From an uncultured Coprobacillus sp. (GTDB lineage Bacteria > Bacillota_I > Bacilli_A > ML615J-28 > CAG-698): 64,000 nucleotides of DNA. Where the stretch lies: positions 8,302-72,301 of the forward strand of contig CAYLPZ010000002.1 in assembly GCA_964385755.1 (NCBI GenBank), in the 5' to 3' direction. Below the pieces are notes generated by a model. That model had not been told where the DNA came from and did not search any database. It saw nothing but the letters and a program-made list of their open reading frames with translations. The position numbers and the translations under genes are program-made. The stretch's first letter is position 1. Each line of letters starts with the position of its first letter. Positions 28,726 through 38,754 of this stretch are shown in pieces.

Positions 28726-31293
28726 ATGTACGAAAACATCGATAAAATGCAATATTCCCCAATGATAAGACAATATTTATCAATAAAAGAAAAATACCCT
28801 GATATGATAGTTTTCTTTCGCTTAGGTGACTTTTATGAAATGTTTTTCAATGATGCCATCACTGCAAGTAAAGAACTAGAAATTACATTAACAGGTAAAG
28901 ATGCGGGAACGGAAGAACGTGTACCTATGTGTGGTGTACCATATCATGCCGCATCAACTTATCTTGATAAACTTACTGAAAAAGGATATAAAGTTGTAAT
29001 TGTTGAACAAACAGAAGATCCTGCTTCCACAAAAGGGATAGTACGTCGTGAAGTAATTCGTATTGTTACACCTGGTACAGTTATGGAAGGTAATACTATA
29101 TCTGATACAGATTATAATTTTATTACTACAGTAACAAGGTTTAAAGAACATTATGCTTTAGCATATGCGGATTTATCAACTGGAGAAAGTTTTTTAACTA
29201 ACTTACCTTTATCAGATGATATCTTATGTGCAGAAATATTAAAGCTTAAATCAAAAGAAATAGTGGTTGATTCATCTTTTAATAAGAATATCTTTTCGAC
29301 TATTTCTACAGTCTTACAAGTTACTATTTCTATTGAAGATAACATTTCAGATGTTGATTATTTGCAAACTCTATCTGAAGATTTAGATAAAGAAGAAAAA
29401 ATAGCTTTTAATAGACTACTTAATTATATTATCTCAACTCAAAAAAGAGTGTTAGTACACTTACAAAAGGTATCTAAATATAACATTAAAGGTTATATGC
29501 GTATTGATTTATCATCAAGACGCAATTTGGAACTTTTAGAAACTTTACGTTTTCAAAGTAAGAAAAATACACTTTTATCTGTGTTAGATAAATGTTCTAC
29601 AGCTATGGGAAGCAGATTTTTGAAAAAATCAATTATCTTTCCACTAGTGGATAAAGAAGAAATTGAGAAACGTTTTGATATAGTTTCAAAGATGATTAAG
29701 AACTTTATATCTACTTCTGAATTAAGAGATAAACTTAGTGACATTTATGATTTAGAACGTATAGTTGGTCGTGTATCTTATGAAAATTGTAATCCTAAGG
29801 ATTTACTTCACCTTAAAAGCAGTATTGCAACAATTCCTGAAATAATTAAGTTAAATAAGAAAATAAAAATAGATTCGTATTTTGATTTTTCTTCATCATT
29901 TGATAAATTTAAAGAATTATATACCTTACTTGATAGTGCAATATCACCAGATGCTCCGTTTTCCTCAAAAGATCGAGGTATCATTAAACCTGGTTATAAT
30001 AGTGAACTAGATGAACTAAATCAAATAAATGCTTCTGGTAAAAGTTATTTACTATCAATTGAAGCAAAAGAAAAAGAACGCACAGGAATAAAGAATTTAA
30101 AAATCGGTTTTAATCGAATATTTGGCTATTATATTGAAGTACCTAAGTCTTCTATTAATGAAATAAAAGAAGAATATGGTTATATTCGTAAGCAAACTAT
30201 AGCAAATGGTGAAAGATTTATCACTCAGGAATTAAAAGAGAAAGAAGCTTTGATTTTGCGTGCTGAAGAAAAAGCTGCAAGTTTAGAGTATTCACTTTTT
30301 GTTAATGTGCGTGAGAACTGTAAAAAATACTCAGATATATTACAAGATTTATCAAGAAAAATAAGTTTACTTGATATGTTACAAAGTTTTTGTAAAGTTG
30401 CAAATGAAAATAACTATGTTAGACCATCAATTAATGATGAACATATTGTCGATATTAAGCAAGGTCGCCATCCAGTTTTAGAAACAAACATCGATAATTT
30501 TATTCCAAATGATATAAAAATGGGCAATGATGTTGATATGCTTCTAATTACTGGTCCAAATATGAGTGGTAAATCAACATACATGCGTATGCTTGCTTTA
30601 ATATGCGTAATGGCACAAATTGGCTCATTTGTCCCAGCAAAAGAAGCTATTCTTCCAATTTTTGATGCAATCTATACTAGAATTGGAGCTGCTGATGACA
30701 TTGTTAGTGGGCAATCTACATTTATGGTGGAAATGAACGAAGTTAATAACGCTTTAAAGAACGCAACAATAAATTCACTAATTATCTTTGATGAAATTGG
30801 CCGTGGCACCGCAACTTATGATGGTATGGCTTTAGCTCAAGCCATAATTGAATATATTCATGAGAATTTGCATTCTAAAACATTATTCTCAACTCATTAT
30901 CATGAATTGACAGTTTTAGAAAATGATTTAAAAAAATTAAAGAATATTCATGTTAGTGCAGAAGAAGTAAATGGTGATATTGTTTTTATGCATAAGATTT
31001 TAAAAGGCAGTGCTAATCAAAGTTATGGCATAAATGTTGCGAAACTTGCAAATATTCCTCTTGATGTAATTTTACGAGCTAATGATATTTTAAATAAATT
31101 AGAAAATCTTGAAAAAACTGAAAAAAAAGGACTTGACCTTTCAATTAAAAATTATCAAGCACCACTTTTATATGATTCAAAAACTGATAAAGAAATATAT
31201 GTTTTAAATGAAATTAAAAATGCTAATATTTTTAATATGAGTCCACTTGACGCAATGAACTTTTTAGATACCTTACAAAAGAAATTAAAGTAA
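28726..31293 (+). CDS. mutS: DNA mismatch repair protein MutS
   Basis: N-terminal mismatch-binding motif …TPMIRQYLSIKEKYPDMIVFFRLGDFYEMF…; Walker A GPNMSGKST; C-terminal HTH. Confidence 0.95.
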   Translation: MYENIDKMQYSPMIRQYLSIKEKYPDMIVFFRLGDFYEMFFNDAITASKELEITLTGKDAGTEERVPMCGVPYHAASTYLDKLTEKGYKVVIVEQTEDPASTKGIVRREVIRIVTPGTVMEGNTISDTDYNFITTVTRFKEHYALAYADLSTGESFLTNLPLSDDILCAEILKLKSKEIVVDSSFNKNIFSTISTVLQVTISIEDNISDVDYLQTLSEDLDKEEKIAFNRLLNYIISTQKRVLVHLQKVSKYNIKGYMRIDLSSRRNLELLETLRFQSKKNTLLSVLDKCSTAMGSRFLKKSIIFPLVDKEEIEKRFDIVSKMIKNFISTSELRDKLSDIYDLERIVGRVSYENCNPKDLLHLKSSIATIPEIIKLNKKIKIDSYFDFSSSFDKFKELYTLLDSAISPDAPFSSKDRGIIKPGYNSELDELNQINASGKSYLLSIEAKEKERTGIKNLKIGFNRIFGYYIEVPKSSINEIKEEYGYIRKQTIANGERFITQELKEKEALILRAEEKAASLEYSLFVNVRENCKKYSDILQDLSRKISLLDMLQSFCKVANENNYVRPSINDEHIVDIKQGRHPVLETNIDNFIPNDIKMGNDVDMLLITGPNMSGKSTYMRMLALICVMAQIGSFVPAKEAILPIFDAIYTRIGAADDIVSGQSTFMVEMNEVNNALKNATINSLIIFDEIGRGTATYDGMALAQAIIEYIHENLHSKTLFSTHYHELTVLENDLKKLKNIHVSAEEVNGDIVFMHKILKGSANQSYGINVAKLANIPLDVILRANDILNKLENLEKTEKKGLDLSIKNYQAPLLYDSKTDKEIYVLNEIKNANIFNMSPLDAMNFLDTLQKKLK

Positions 31294-31308
31294 AGGAGAT
31301 AAATTATT

Positions 31309-33171
31309 ATGGGAAAAATAAAAGTATTAGATCAACATTTAATAAATTTAATCTCCGCTGGAGAAGTTATTGAGCGTGGTGCAAGTGTTGTAAAAGAACT
31401 TGTGGAAAACAGTATTGATGCAAAAGCAACTAACATTACAATTAGTTTAGTTGATTCTGGATTAAAAGAAATAGTTGTCTCTGATGATGGCATTGGAATG
31501 GATGAAGTGGAAATGAAAACATGCATTTTACCACATGCAACGAGTAAAATAAGCGATGAAAATGATTTATTTGCTATTCATACACTTGGCTTTCGTGGTG
31601 AAGCATTAGCTTCAATTGTCGCTGTGTCAAATGTGAAAATAAAAAGTTCAAATGGTGAAAGTAAACCATTTATGATGGGCATAAAGGCAGGACAAATAAC
31701 TTCACAAGCATATATTGCTCACCCTAGAGGAACTGAAATCCAAGTTCGTGATTTATTCTATAACACCCCCGCAAGACTTCAAAATCTAAAATCAGCACAA
31801 ACAGAACTTAGTTATATAACTGATTTTGTTACTAAAATAGCTATGGCTAATCCTGATATAGCTTTTAAGCTTATTAATAATGAAAATAAAATTTTTCAAT
31901 CATTTGGTAAAGGTAATACATTAGAAGTGTTAGGAACAGTTTATGATGTAAGCGTTGCGAAAAACATGATTGCAGTTGATAATAGTAATCATTTATTTAG
32001 AGTAAGTGGCTTAATATCTAATATTTCTATTACTCGTTCATCAAGAAGTAGCATGACAATTATTGTAAATGGACGTGTTGTAAGAAATAACTCTATCATT
32101 AATGCTATTTTAGAAGGATATAAAACACTACTAATGATTGGTAGATATCCTATATGTTTACTTACTATTGATGTTGATTATTCTATTGTTGATGTAAATG
32201 TTCATCCAACTAAATCTGAAGTAAGATTTAGTGAGGAAAATCAATTACTAAAATTAATCACTGAAACAATTTCTAAAGCTTTATATAATTCTAGCTTAAT
32301 AGTTAATAACTATTTTGCTAAAGATGAAGATGAAAACAATAATCCATTTGAAGAAGATGAATATACATTTGAAGACAATAAAGAAATAGATGAGCTAGAT
32401 AATGAAATTAAAACAAAAGATGTTGATTTTACACTTCATGAAGATGATGAAATAAATTATTTTAGTAATCAAAAAACAGAACAAATTGAAACAATAAATA
32501 AACCAGTACAACAAGCATTTGATTTTATTAGAGCAGAAGTAGCAAATGATGATTTGTTAGAAAACAATGAAGAAAAACTTGAAATTGACAAAATTACAGA
32601 ACTTCATTATATCGGTCAGTTATTTGGAACTTATTTACTTGCGCAAAACGAAGATACATTCTACTTAATAGATCAGCATGCCGCAAATGAACGTGTTAAT
32701 TACGAAAAAATCATTAATAATTTAAGAAAAGAAAGTGTTGTAAAATATGATTTAATTGTTCCAATTAATTTAACTTTTACACCTTCTGAATCTATTTTGA
32801 TTAATGAAAAAATTAAAGAAATAAATGAAATTGGCATTGAACTTGATGATTTTGGTGGTGGTAGTTTTGTCGTGCGTACTGTTCCAATTTGGATTAATCA
32901 AGAAGATGTTAAAGTGTTTGTTGAAGAGATTATAATTAATATTATCAAAGGTTTAAAAAAGACTAAAGAAGAATTTTTAGATAGTGTATCTAAAAGCCTT
33001 GCTTGTAAAAGAAGTGTTAAAGCAAATGAATTTTTATCAAAGAATCAAATCACATATTTATTAGAAGATTTAATTCGTTGTAATAATCCTTATACTTGTC
33101 CCCATGGAAGACCAATAATAATAAAATATACTAAATCACAAGTAGAAAAATGGTTTAAGAGAGTATTATAA
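31309..33171 (+). CDS. mutL: DNA mismatch repair protein MutL
   Basis: GHKL ATPase N-terminus (…LISAGEVIERGASVVKELVENSIDA…) and C-terminal dimerisation domain with CPHGRP. Confidence 0.95.
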   Translation: MGKIKVLDQHLINLISAGEVIERGASVVKELVENSIDAKATNITISLVDSGLKEIVVSDDGIGMDEVEMKTCILPHATSKISDENDLFAIHTLGFRGEALASIVAVSNVKIKSSNGESKPFMMGIKAGQITSQAYIAHPRGTEIQVRDLFYNTPARLQNLKSAQTELSYITDFVTKIAMANPDIAFKLINNENKIFQSFGKGNTLEVLGTVYDVSVAKNMIAVDNSNHLFRVSGLISNISITRSSRSSMTIIVNGRVVRNNSIINAILEGYKTLLMIGRYPICLLTIDVDYSIVDVNVHPTKSEVRFSEENQLLKLITETISKALYNSSLIVNNYFAKDEDENNNPFEEDEYTFEDNKEIDELDNEIKTKDVDFTLHEDDEINYFSNQKTEQIETINKPVQQAFDFIRAEVANDDLLENNEEKLEIDKITELHYIGQLFGTYLLAQNEDTFYLIDQHAANERVNYEKIINNLRKESVVKYDLIVPINLTFTPSESILINEKIKEINEIGIELDDFGGGSFVVRTVPIWINQEDVKVFVEEIIINIIKGLKKTKEEFLDSVSKSLACKRSVKANEFLSKNQITYLLEDLIRCNNPYTCPHGRPIIIKYTKSQVEKWFKRVL

Positions 33172-33177
33172 ATATAT

Positions 33178-34083
33178 ATGGAAAAAGTAATATGTATTTT
33201 AGGACCAACAGCTGTTGGTAAAACAGATATTTCACTTAAGATTGTGGAAAAATATAATGGTGAAATAATTAACTGCGATGCTTCACAAATGAAAAAAGAT
33301 TTAGTAATTGGAACTGCGAAAATAGATTATCAAAATCAAATAGTAAATCATCATTTGTTTGATATTATTAATGCTTGTGAGAACTATTCTTGTGCTGATT
33401 ATCAAAAAGAAGCAAGAAAACTAATCACAGAAATAAACAATAAAGGCAAAATACCTTTCTTAGTTGGAGGAACAGGTTTGTACGCTTCTACAACTCTTTA
33501 TAAATATGATCTAACTAATGAAGGTAGAAAAAAAGAAGATGATGATTTTTATAGTAACTATACAAACGAAGAACTATTTGAAATGCTAAAAATATTAGAC
33601 TTTGAATCAACAAAAAAAGTTCATATGAATAATAGAGTAAGAGTCATTCGCGCAATCCAAAGTGCCCAAAAAGGCAAAAAAATAAGTGAAAATACACAAA
33701 AAAGTGAAAAATACTATGATAGTTTAATTATAGTATTAAATACTCCAAGAGAAATCTTATATGAGCGAATAAACAAAAGAGTAAATATAATGATTGAAGA
33801 AGGATTAATAGAAGAATGTAAATCCTTAAAAGCAAAAGGAATAGATTTATCTTGTATTCCGGATATTGGTTATAAACAAATAAAAGATTATTTAGATGAT
33901 AAAATAACATTAGAAGAAGCAATAGAACTGATTCAAAAAGAAACAAGACACTATGCTAAAAGGCAATTAACATGGTTTCGTAATCAAATGGATAGTGTAT
34001 TTGTTAATGTTGATTATGATAATATTAATAAAACTATAAATGAAATATCAAAATTAATTGATAATTATTTATTAAAAAAGTAG
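33178..34083 (+). CDS. miaA: tRNA dimethylallyltransferase MiaA
   Basis: P-loop …ILGPTAVGKTD… with the rest of the MiaA fold. Confidence 0.9.
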   Translation: MEKVICILGPTAVGKTDISLKIVEKYNGEIINCDASQMKKDLVIGTAKIDYQNQIVNHHLFDIINACENYSCADYQKEARKLITEINNKGKIPFLVGGTGLYASTTLYKYDLTNEGRKKEDDDFYSNYTNEELFEMLKILDFESTKKVHMNNRVRVIRAIQSAQKGKKISENTQKSEKYYDSLIIVLNTPREILYERINKRVNIMIEEGLIEECKSLKAKGIDLSCIPDIGYKQIKDYLDDKITLEEAIELIQKETRHYAKRQLTWFRNQMDSVFVNVDYDNINKTINEISKLIDNYLLKK

Positions 34084-34106
34084 CTTAAAAATGAGCTACT
34101 TTTTTT
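34076..34106. terminator. Bidirectional terminator overlapping the miaA stop
   Basis: AAAAAGTAGC-TTAAAAATGA-GCTACTTTTT. Confidence 0.6.
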
Positions 34107-34157
34107 GTTATATTTAAATGTATTAATAAATATAGTTTAAAATTCTCATGTAAAGAT

Positions 34158-34710
34158 AAATTATTATTAGATGGCTCATATGCTATTGTGAATGGTGAAA
34201 AATACTTTAGTCATAATGGTGTTATTATTGCCCATGGTATTACTTTAAAAGAAGTAACTGCTTATATTTATTTAGAAAAAGCATTTTTCTCTTAACCCTG
34301 AAGAAAAAGTTTGCATAGTAACTGAGTTATTACCTGATGTATTAACTTAAGCATTAACTTATCCTTTAATCAAAAGTGAATTAGAATATACATGTATTGA
34401 AGTAGAACATTATTCCATAAAAGCAGAAGTAGAAAATAAAGTTTTATCAAATGGAAATAGTAATTCACTCTCATTTACTGTTAATTATCAAAACATTGAC
34501 TGTTTAAAAGTAATAATTACTAAGAAAAATGATGATAATATAATAACAAGTAAAACAATTTCTCTTTCAAGTACTGCTACATATACTAGTACAATAAATA
34601 ATTCCTTTACTAAAGAAGAGGGAGAAACATATAAAGTAACATTTGTTGGCATTGATAATGGACTTGATGTTTGCTTTGATGTTATTTATATTGTATGTGG
34701 ATTTCAATAA
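34158..34710 (+). pseudogene. Gene remnant: C-terminal fragment of a secreted/surface protein, broken by stops
   Basis: Frames give …LDGSYAIVNGEKYFSHNGVIIAHGITLKEVTAYIYLEKAFFS*, then …ALTYPLIKSELEYTCIEVEHYSIK…YKVTFVGIDNGLDVCFDVIYIVCGFQ*. No start codon. Bounded by terminators on both sides. Confidence 0.3.
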
Positions 34711-34716
34711 ATAATG

Positions 34717-34748
34717 ATCTGTAAAATTGGTTTTACAGATCTTTTTTT
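34717..34748 (+). terminator. Rho-independent terminator
   Basis: GATCTGTAAAA-TTGG-TTTTACAGATC plus TTTTTTT. Confidence 0.65.
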
Positions 34749-34814
34749 AAACTTAAGATATTTTATAATAATATATTTTTTCTTTTATTAATAAAATATC
34801 TTGGTGGTTATTTT

Positions 34815-35834
34815 ATGAAAGTATTTTCAATTATTAGGAAAGTATTAATATTTATATTATTTTTATTATTTATTTTTTGCAATAATTCATTTGTTAAAGC
34901 AAGTGAACTTTGTTTTGCAAAATCATATTGTTTATTAGATGCAAATTCAAAAAGAGTTTTAGCCGAAAGCAATAAAGATCAAAGATTATTAACTGCATCT
35001 ATTTGTAAAATATTAACTGGATATATTGCTTTAGATAACATTTCACTAGAAAAAAAAGTAGTTGTAACAAAAGAAGCTTGTAATCAAATAGGTTCAAAAG
35101 TATATTTTGAAGAAGGAGATGTAGTTACCGTTAGAGATTTACTTTCTGGTTTACTTCTTAGAAGTGGTAATGATTGTGCTTATTTACTTTCCTTAGAGGT
35201 TTGTGATAGCATCGAAGATTTTGCAATTCTTATGAATGATTACGCAAGAAAAATAGGAATGAAGAATTCATCATTTTCTAATCCATCTGGTTTAGATGAT
35301 GAAAATTATAATTATTCTACAGCTTATGATATGGCAATATTAATGGCTTATGTGATGAAAAATGATGATTACAGAAAAATAATAAGTCAAAAAAGTTATA
35401 AAAGTGAAACATTATCTGGTAAAAATATTTATTTTTTAAATAAGCACAAACTTGTTCATAACCTTGATTATGTAGTTGCTGGGAAGACAGGATACACTGA
35501 AAAAGCAAAAAGAACATTAGTCACTTTCGCAAGTAATTCAGGGATGGATTTAGTATGTGTCACTTTTCAATCTTCTAATGATTGGAATGAGCACAAAAGA
35601 TTATTTGAGTATGGTTTTAATACATATAAAAATGAAATAGTAATAGATAAAGGATACATTTCTTATCAAAATTCAACATTAATTATACCAAATGATCTTG
35701 TTATTCCAATAATGAAAGACGAGATGATAGATGTAATCTTCTACACTAAAGATGGTATATTAACTGGTGATGTTGCGATAAATGCAAATAATAAACTAAT
35801 AAAAACTTACCTTTATAGTAGGTACTTTAAGTGA
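34815..35834 (+). CDS. dacB: D-alanyl-D-alanine carboxypeptidase (S11, low-MW PBP), sporulation-type DacB
   Basis: S11 peptidase motifs SxxK (ASICK), SGN (RSGND) and KTG (AGKTGYT). It is followed by spmA-spmB, as in the B. subtilis dacB operon. Confidence 0.8.
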   Translation: MKVFSIIRKVLIFILFLLFIFCNNSFVKASELCFAKSYCLLDANSKRVLAESNKDQRLLTASICKILTGYIALDNISLEKKVVVTKEACNQIGSKVYFEEGDVVTVRDLLSGLLLRSGNDCAYLLSLEVCDSIEDFAILMNDYARKIGMKNSSFSNPSGLDDENYNYSTAYDMAILMAYVMKNDDYRKIISQKSYKSETLSGKNIYFLNKHKLVHNLDYVVAGKTGYTEKAKRTLVTFASNSGMDLVCVTFQSSNDWNEHKRLFEYGFNTYKNEIVIDKGYISYQNSTLIIPNDLVIPIMKDEMIDVIFYTKDGILTGDVAINANNKLIKTYLYSRYFK

Positions 35835-36376
35835 ACAAAATATTTGTTTTTATTATTATTTTTTCATTCATCTTTGGTTTAATAACTGGTAATTTAGATT
35901 TAATGAGTATGGCACTTTTAGATGTACCTAAAAAAGCAATTATAAGTTTTATTAATTTGTTTTCAATTATGATTTTATATAATGGATTAATTATGATTAT
36001 GCAAAAGTCAGGAATTTTACATACTCTATCAAAATTAGGAAAAAATAAACTTAAAAAAATATTTGAAACAAATGATCAAACACTTGAGTTGATTTCACTA
36101 GTTATCTGGACAAACTTATTAGGGTTAGGTATTGGTAACTTACCAATATCCCTTAAGATAATAAGAAACATTGAAAAAAATAAAAAGGCACTTATTACAT
36201 ATATTTTTATTAACATCTCATCACTGTGCATTATGCCTATTAGTTTAATCACATTAAGAAGCTCATTTTCTGCTTTTATTATCATACCGTTTATTCCATT
36301 ACTATTTATAACTAGTTTAATAACTACAATTGTAGCTTATTTAATAGCTCGAAAATTAAAGGAAGATGATACTTGA
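35831..36376 (+). CDS. spmA: Spore maturation protein A
   Basis: Nucleoside-transporter/gate-domain membrane protein immediately after dacB, with overlapping stop and start. Confidence 0.7.
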   Translation: MNKIFVFIIIFSFIFGLITGNLDLMSMALLDVPKKAIISFINLFSIMILYNGLIMIMQKSGILHTLSKLGKNKLKKIFETNDQTLELISLVIWTNLLGLGIGNLPISLKIIRNIEKNKKALITYIFINISSLCIMPISLITLRSSFSAFIIIPFIPLLFITSLITTIVAYLIARKLKEDDT

Positions 36377-36876
36377 GTAATTTAATATTTATTATTTTAT
36401 TTGTAACTGTTATATGTGTTGCTTTTATTAAAAAAATTGATTGTTATCAAATATTTATTGATGGCACAAAAGAAGCTTTTACTTGTTCGATTAATTTATT
36501 TTCAACATTATTTACTTTTATGCTAGCCCTAACACTTTTTCAAAATTGTGGAATTACAGAATATTTAGAACAGGTAATTAATTTTGATTATATAGATATT
36601 GTATTACAAATGATAATAAGGCCATTATCTAGTTCATCTTCTTATACAATTTTATTAGATATAATAAAAGAAGAAGGAGTAGATTCGCTTAAGAGTATGC
36701 TTGCAACAATTATTCATTTTGCTTCTGATTCTAGTATATATTTGATTACTATTTATACTCAGTTTACTAATGTAAAATTAAGTAAAAAAGTATATATATT
36801 TGGATATATATTAAATATACTCAGTTATTTAATTGGAATATGTTTAATTTTGTTTTTTTATGTAATATTCAATTAA
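36373..36876 (+). CDS. spmB: Spore maturation protein B
   Basis: Paralogous gate-domain membrane protein, translationally coupled to spmA. Confidence 0.7.
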   Translation: MSNLIFIILFVTVICVAFIKKIDCYQIFIDGTKEAFTCSINLFSTLFTFMLALTLFQNCGITEYLEQVINFDYIDIVLQMIIRPLSSSSSYTILLDIIKEEGVDSLKSMLATIIHFASDSSIYLITIYTQFTNVKLSKKVYIFGYILNILSYLIGICLILFFYVIFN

Positions 36877-36951
36877 TGAGAAAAAATAATTGAAAAAAAT
36901 AAGTTTATTTAATAAAATATATATGTTATTATTAAACAAGTAGGGATTATT

Positions 36952-37851
36952 ATGAAATATTGCTTTTCAAGTTACAATACAGATATCAATGCTTTATCAC
37001 TAATTGATGTAGATTTACAAAATAATTATTATCAAGTGGTAGATAAAGTTTCATTATATGAGCCAAGTTTTTGTATATCATATAAAGATTATATTTTTAC
37101 ATATACTAAAAATCCTCTTTATTTGTTATGTTATAAAATAATAAATAACAAGTTTACTTTGTATTGTAGATTATCTTTACCTTTGATGACTCTTACTCAT
37201 TTATATTTTAATAGTGCTTTAGGTATTTTGTATGGTGCTAGCTATAAAGATGGTAAAGTTATTAAAGCAAGATTTGATGAAGAAAATAAATGTTTTAATG
37301 ATTTATCTATTTTAGATCAACAGGGGTTATGCCATTGTGTTTTTGAAGGATCAGATAATTCTGTTTATGTCATTAATATAAAACAAGATTTGTTATATCA
37401 TTATGATAGCGAATTGAATTTAATAAATAAAATATCATTTGATGAAAATACTGGACCAAGACATGGTATTTATTATAAAAATGCAATTTATATTGTCTCA
37501 GAATATTCAAATGAAGTTTTTAAAATTGTTGATAATAAAATAATAAAAAAATCTAAAACTATTAAAGTTAATGTTAAATCTTTTGGAGGAACATTATTTG
37601 CCTTTAATGATTTAATATTTGTTTCAAATCGTGGAGAGGAAACGATAGCAATCTTTGATTTAGACTTGCACTATATTAAAAGTTATAATGTTTATGGTAA
37701 TCACTCAAGGCATATGATTTTTGATAGATATAATAAAATAATAATATCTTGTAATAAAAATAGTAATCAAGTAAGCATAATAGATGTTTTTTCTGGAAAA
37801 TTGTTACTAAGTATTCCGTATGAAAAAGTAAGTTGTGTTTGTAAATTATAA
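36952..37851 (+). CDS. Putative 7-bladed beta-propeller lactonase family protein (COG2706-like)
   Basis: …NTGPRHGIYY… is the GPRH motif typical of 6-phosphogluconolactonase-like propellers. The repeated beta-strand pattern supports a propeller. Confidence 0.4.
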   Translation: MKYCFSSYNTDINALSLIDVDLQNNYYQVVDKVSLYEPSFCISYKDYIFTYTKNPLYLLCYKIINNKFTLYCRLSLPLMTLTHLYFNSALGILYGASYKDGKVIKARFDEENKCFNDLSILDQQGLCHCVFEGSDNSVYVINIKQDLLYHYDSELNLINKISFDENTGPRHGIYYKNAIYIVSEYSNEVFKIVDNKIIKKSKTIKVNVKSFGGTLFAFNDLIFVSNRGEETIAIFDLDLHYIKSYNVYGNHSRHMIFDRYNKIIISCNKNSNQVSIIDVFSGKLLLSIPYEKVSCVCKL

Positions 37852-37867
37852 ATAGAGGTTTAATAAA

Positions 37868-38593
37868 ATGGAAAGATTACAAAAATATATAGCAGATTGT
37901 GGTGTAGCATCACGAAGAAAAGCGGAAGAGTTAATTTTAGAAGGAAAAGTTACTGTGAATGGTATTGTGACAACCGAACTTGGTACAAAAGTAACAGGAA
38001 ATGATATCATTTGTGTGAATGGGGAAGTGGTTGAAAAACAAGAAAAGGTTTATTATCTTATGAATAAACCCCGTGGTGTTGTTTCAACTGTTAGTGATGA
38101 AAAGAATAGAAAAACAGTTATTTCAATTTTACCAAAAGAAATTCAAGATAAACGCGTTTTTCCTGTTGGCAGATTAGATTACGATACAAAAGGAGTATTA
38201 CTGCTTACTAATGATGGTGAGTTCATGAATCTATTAGTTGGTCCACAATCAAATCTTCCTAAGGAATACTTAGCAAGAGTTGAAGGTATCATTAATAAGA
38301 AAGCATTAATTAAACTATCTAATGGAATAAAGATAGATAATTATGTCACAAGACATTGTACTGTTTATGTAAAAAGTGTTGATGCGAAAAACAATTCTTC
38401 ATTAGTTGGATTAATTTTACGTGAAGGGAAAAATCATCAAGTTAAAAAAATGCTTGAAGCTGTTGGTTTTCCTGTAAAGCATCTTACAAGAATCTCTTTT
38501 GGGAATTTGACATGTGAAAACGTTAAAGAAGGAGAAGTAAGGAAGCTTACAATTCATGAAGTAAAAACATTAGTTGCTTTATCAAAACAGTAA
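37868..38593 (+). CDS. rluB: rRNA pseudouridine synthase, RluB/RsuA family (S4 domain plus catalytic domain)
   Basis: S4 motif …ADCGVASRRKAEELILEGKV… and catalytic …PVGRLDYDTKGVLLLTNDGEF…. Confidence 0.85.
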   Translation: MERLQKYIADCGVASRRKAEELILEGKVTVNGIVTTELGTKVTGNDIICVNGEVVEKQEKVYYLMNKPRGVVSTVSDEKNRKTVISILPKEIQDKRVFPVGRLDYDTKGVLLLTNDGEFMNLLVGPQSNLPKEYLARVEGIINKKALIKLSNGIKIDNYVTRHCTVYVKSVDAKNNSSLVGLILREGKNHQVKKMLEAVGFPVKHLTRISFGNLTCENVKEGEVRKLTIHEVKTLVALSKQ

Positions 38594-38754
38594 TATTTAG
38601 AGAAATTAAATAAAAGATAATATAATAATAACGGGAATAATTACTATCCCGTTTTTATTTATGATTAAGCTTAAAAATTCCATTTATAAAATAATAAAAT
38701 TAAATTGCTATTATTTTTAAACTATGATATAATAAACGAGTTAGAGGTGTTAAT

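Noticed and set aside
28954-29744. Short minus-strand ORFs inside mutS, with similar ones inside mutL, obg, spoIVA and the sigma genes
   Set aside because: Antisense to strongly supported conserved genes, with hydrophobic or low-complexity translations typical of AT-rich antisense frames.
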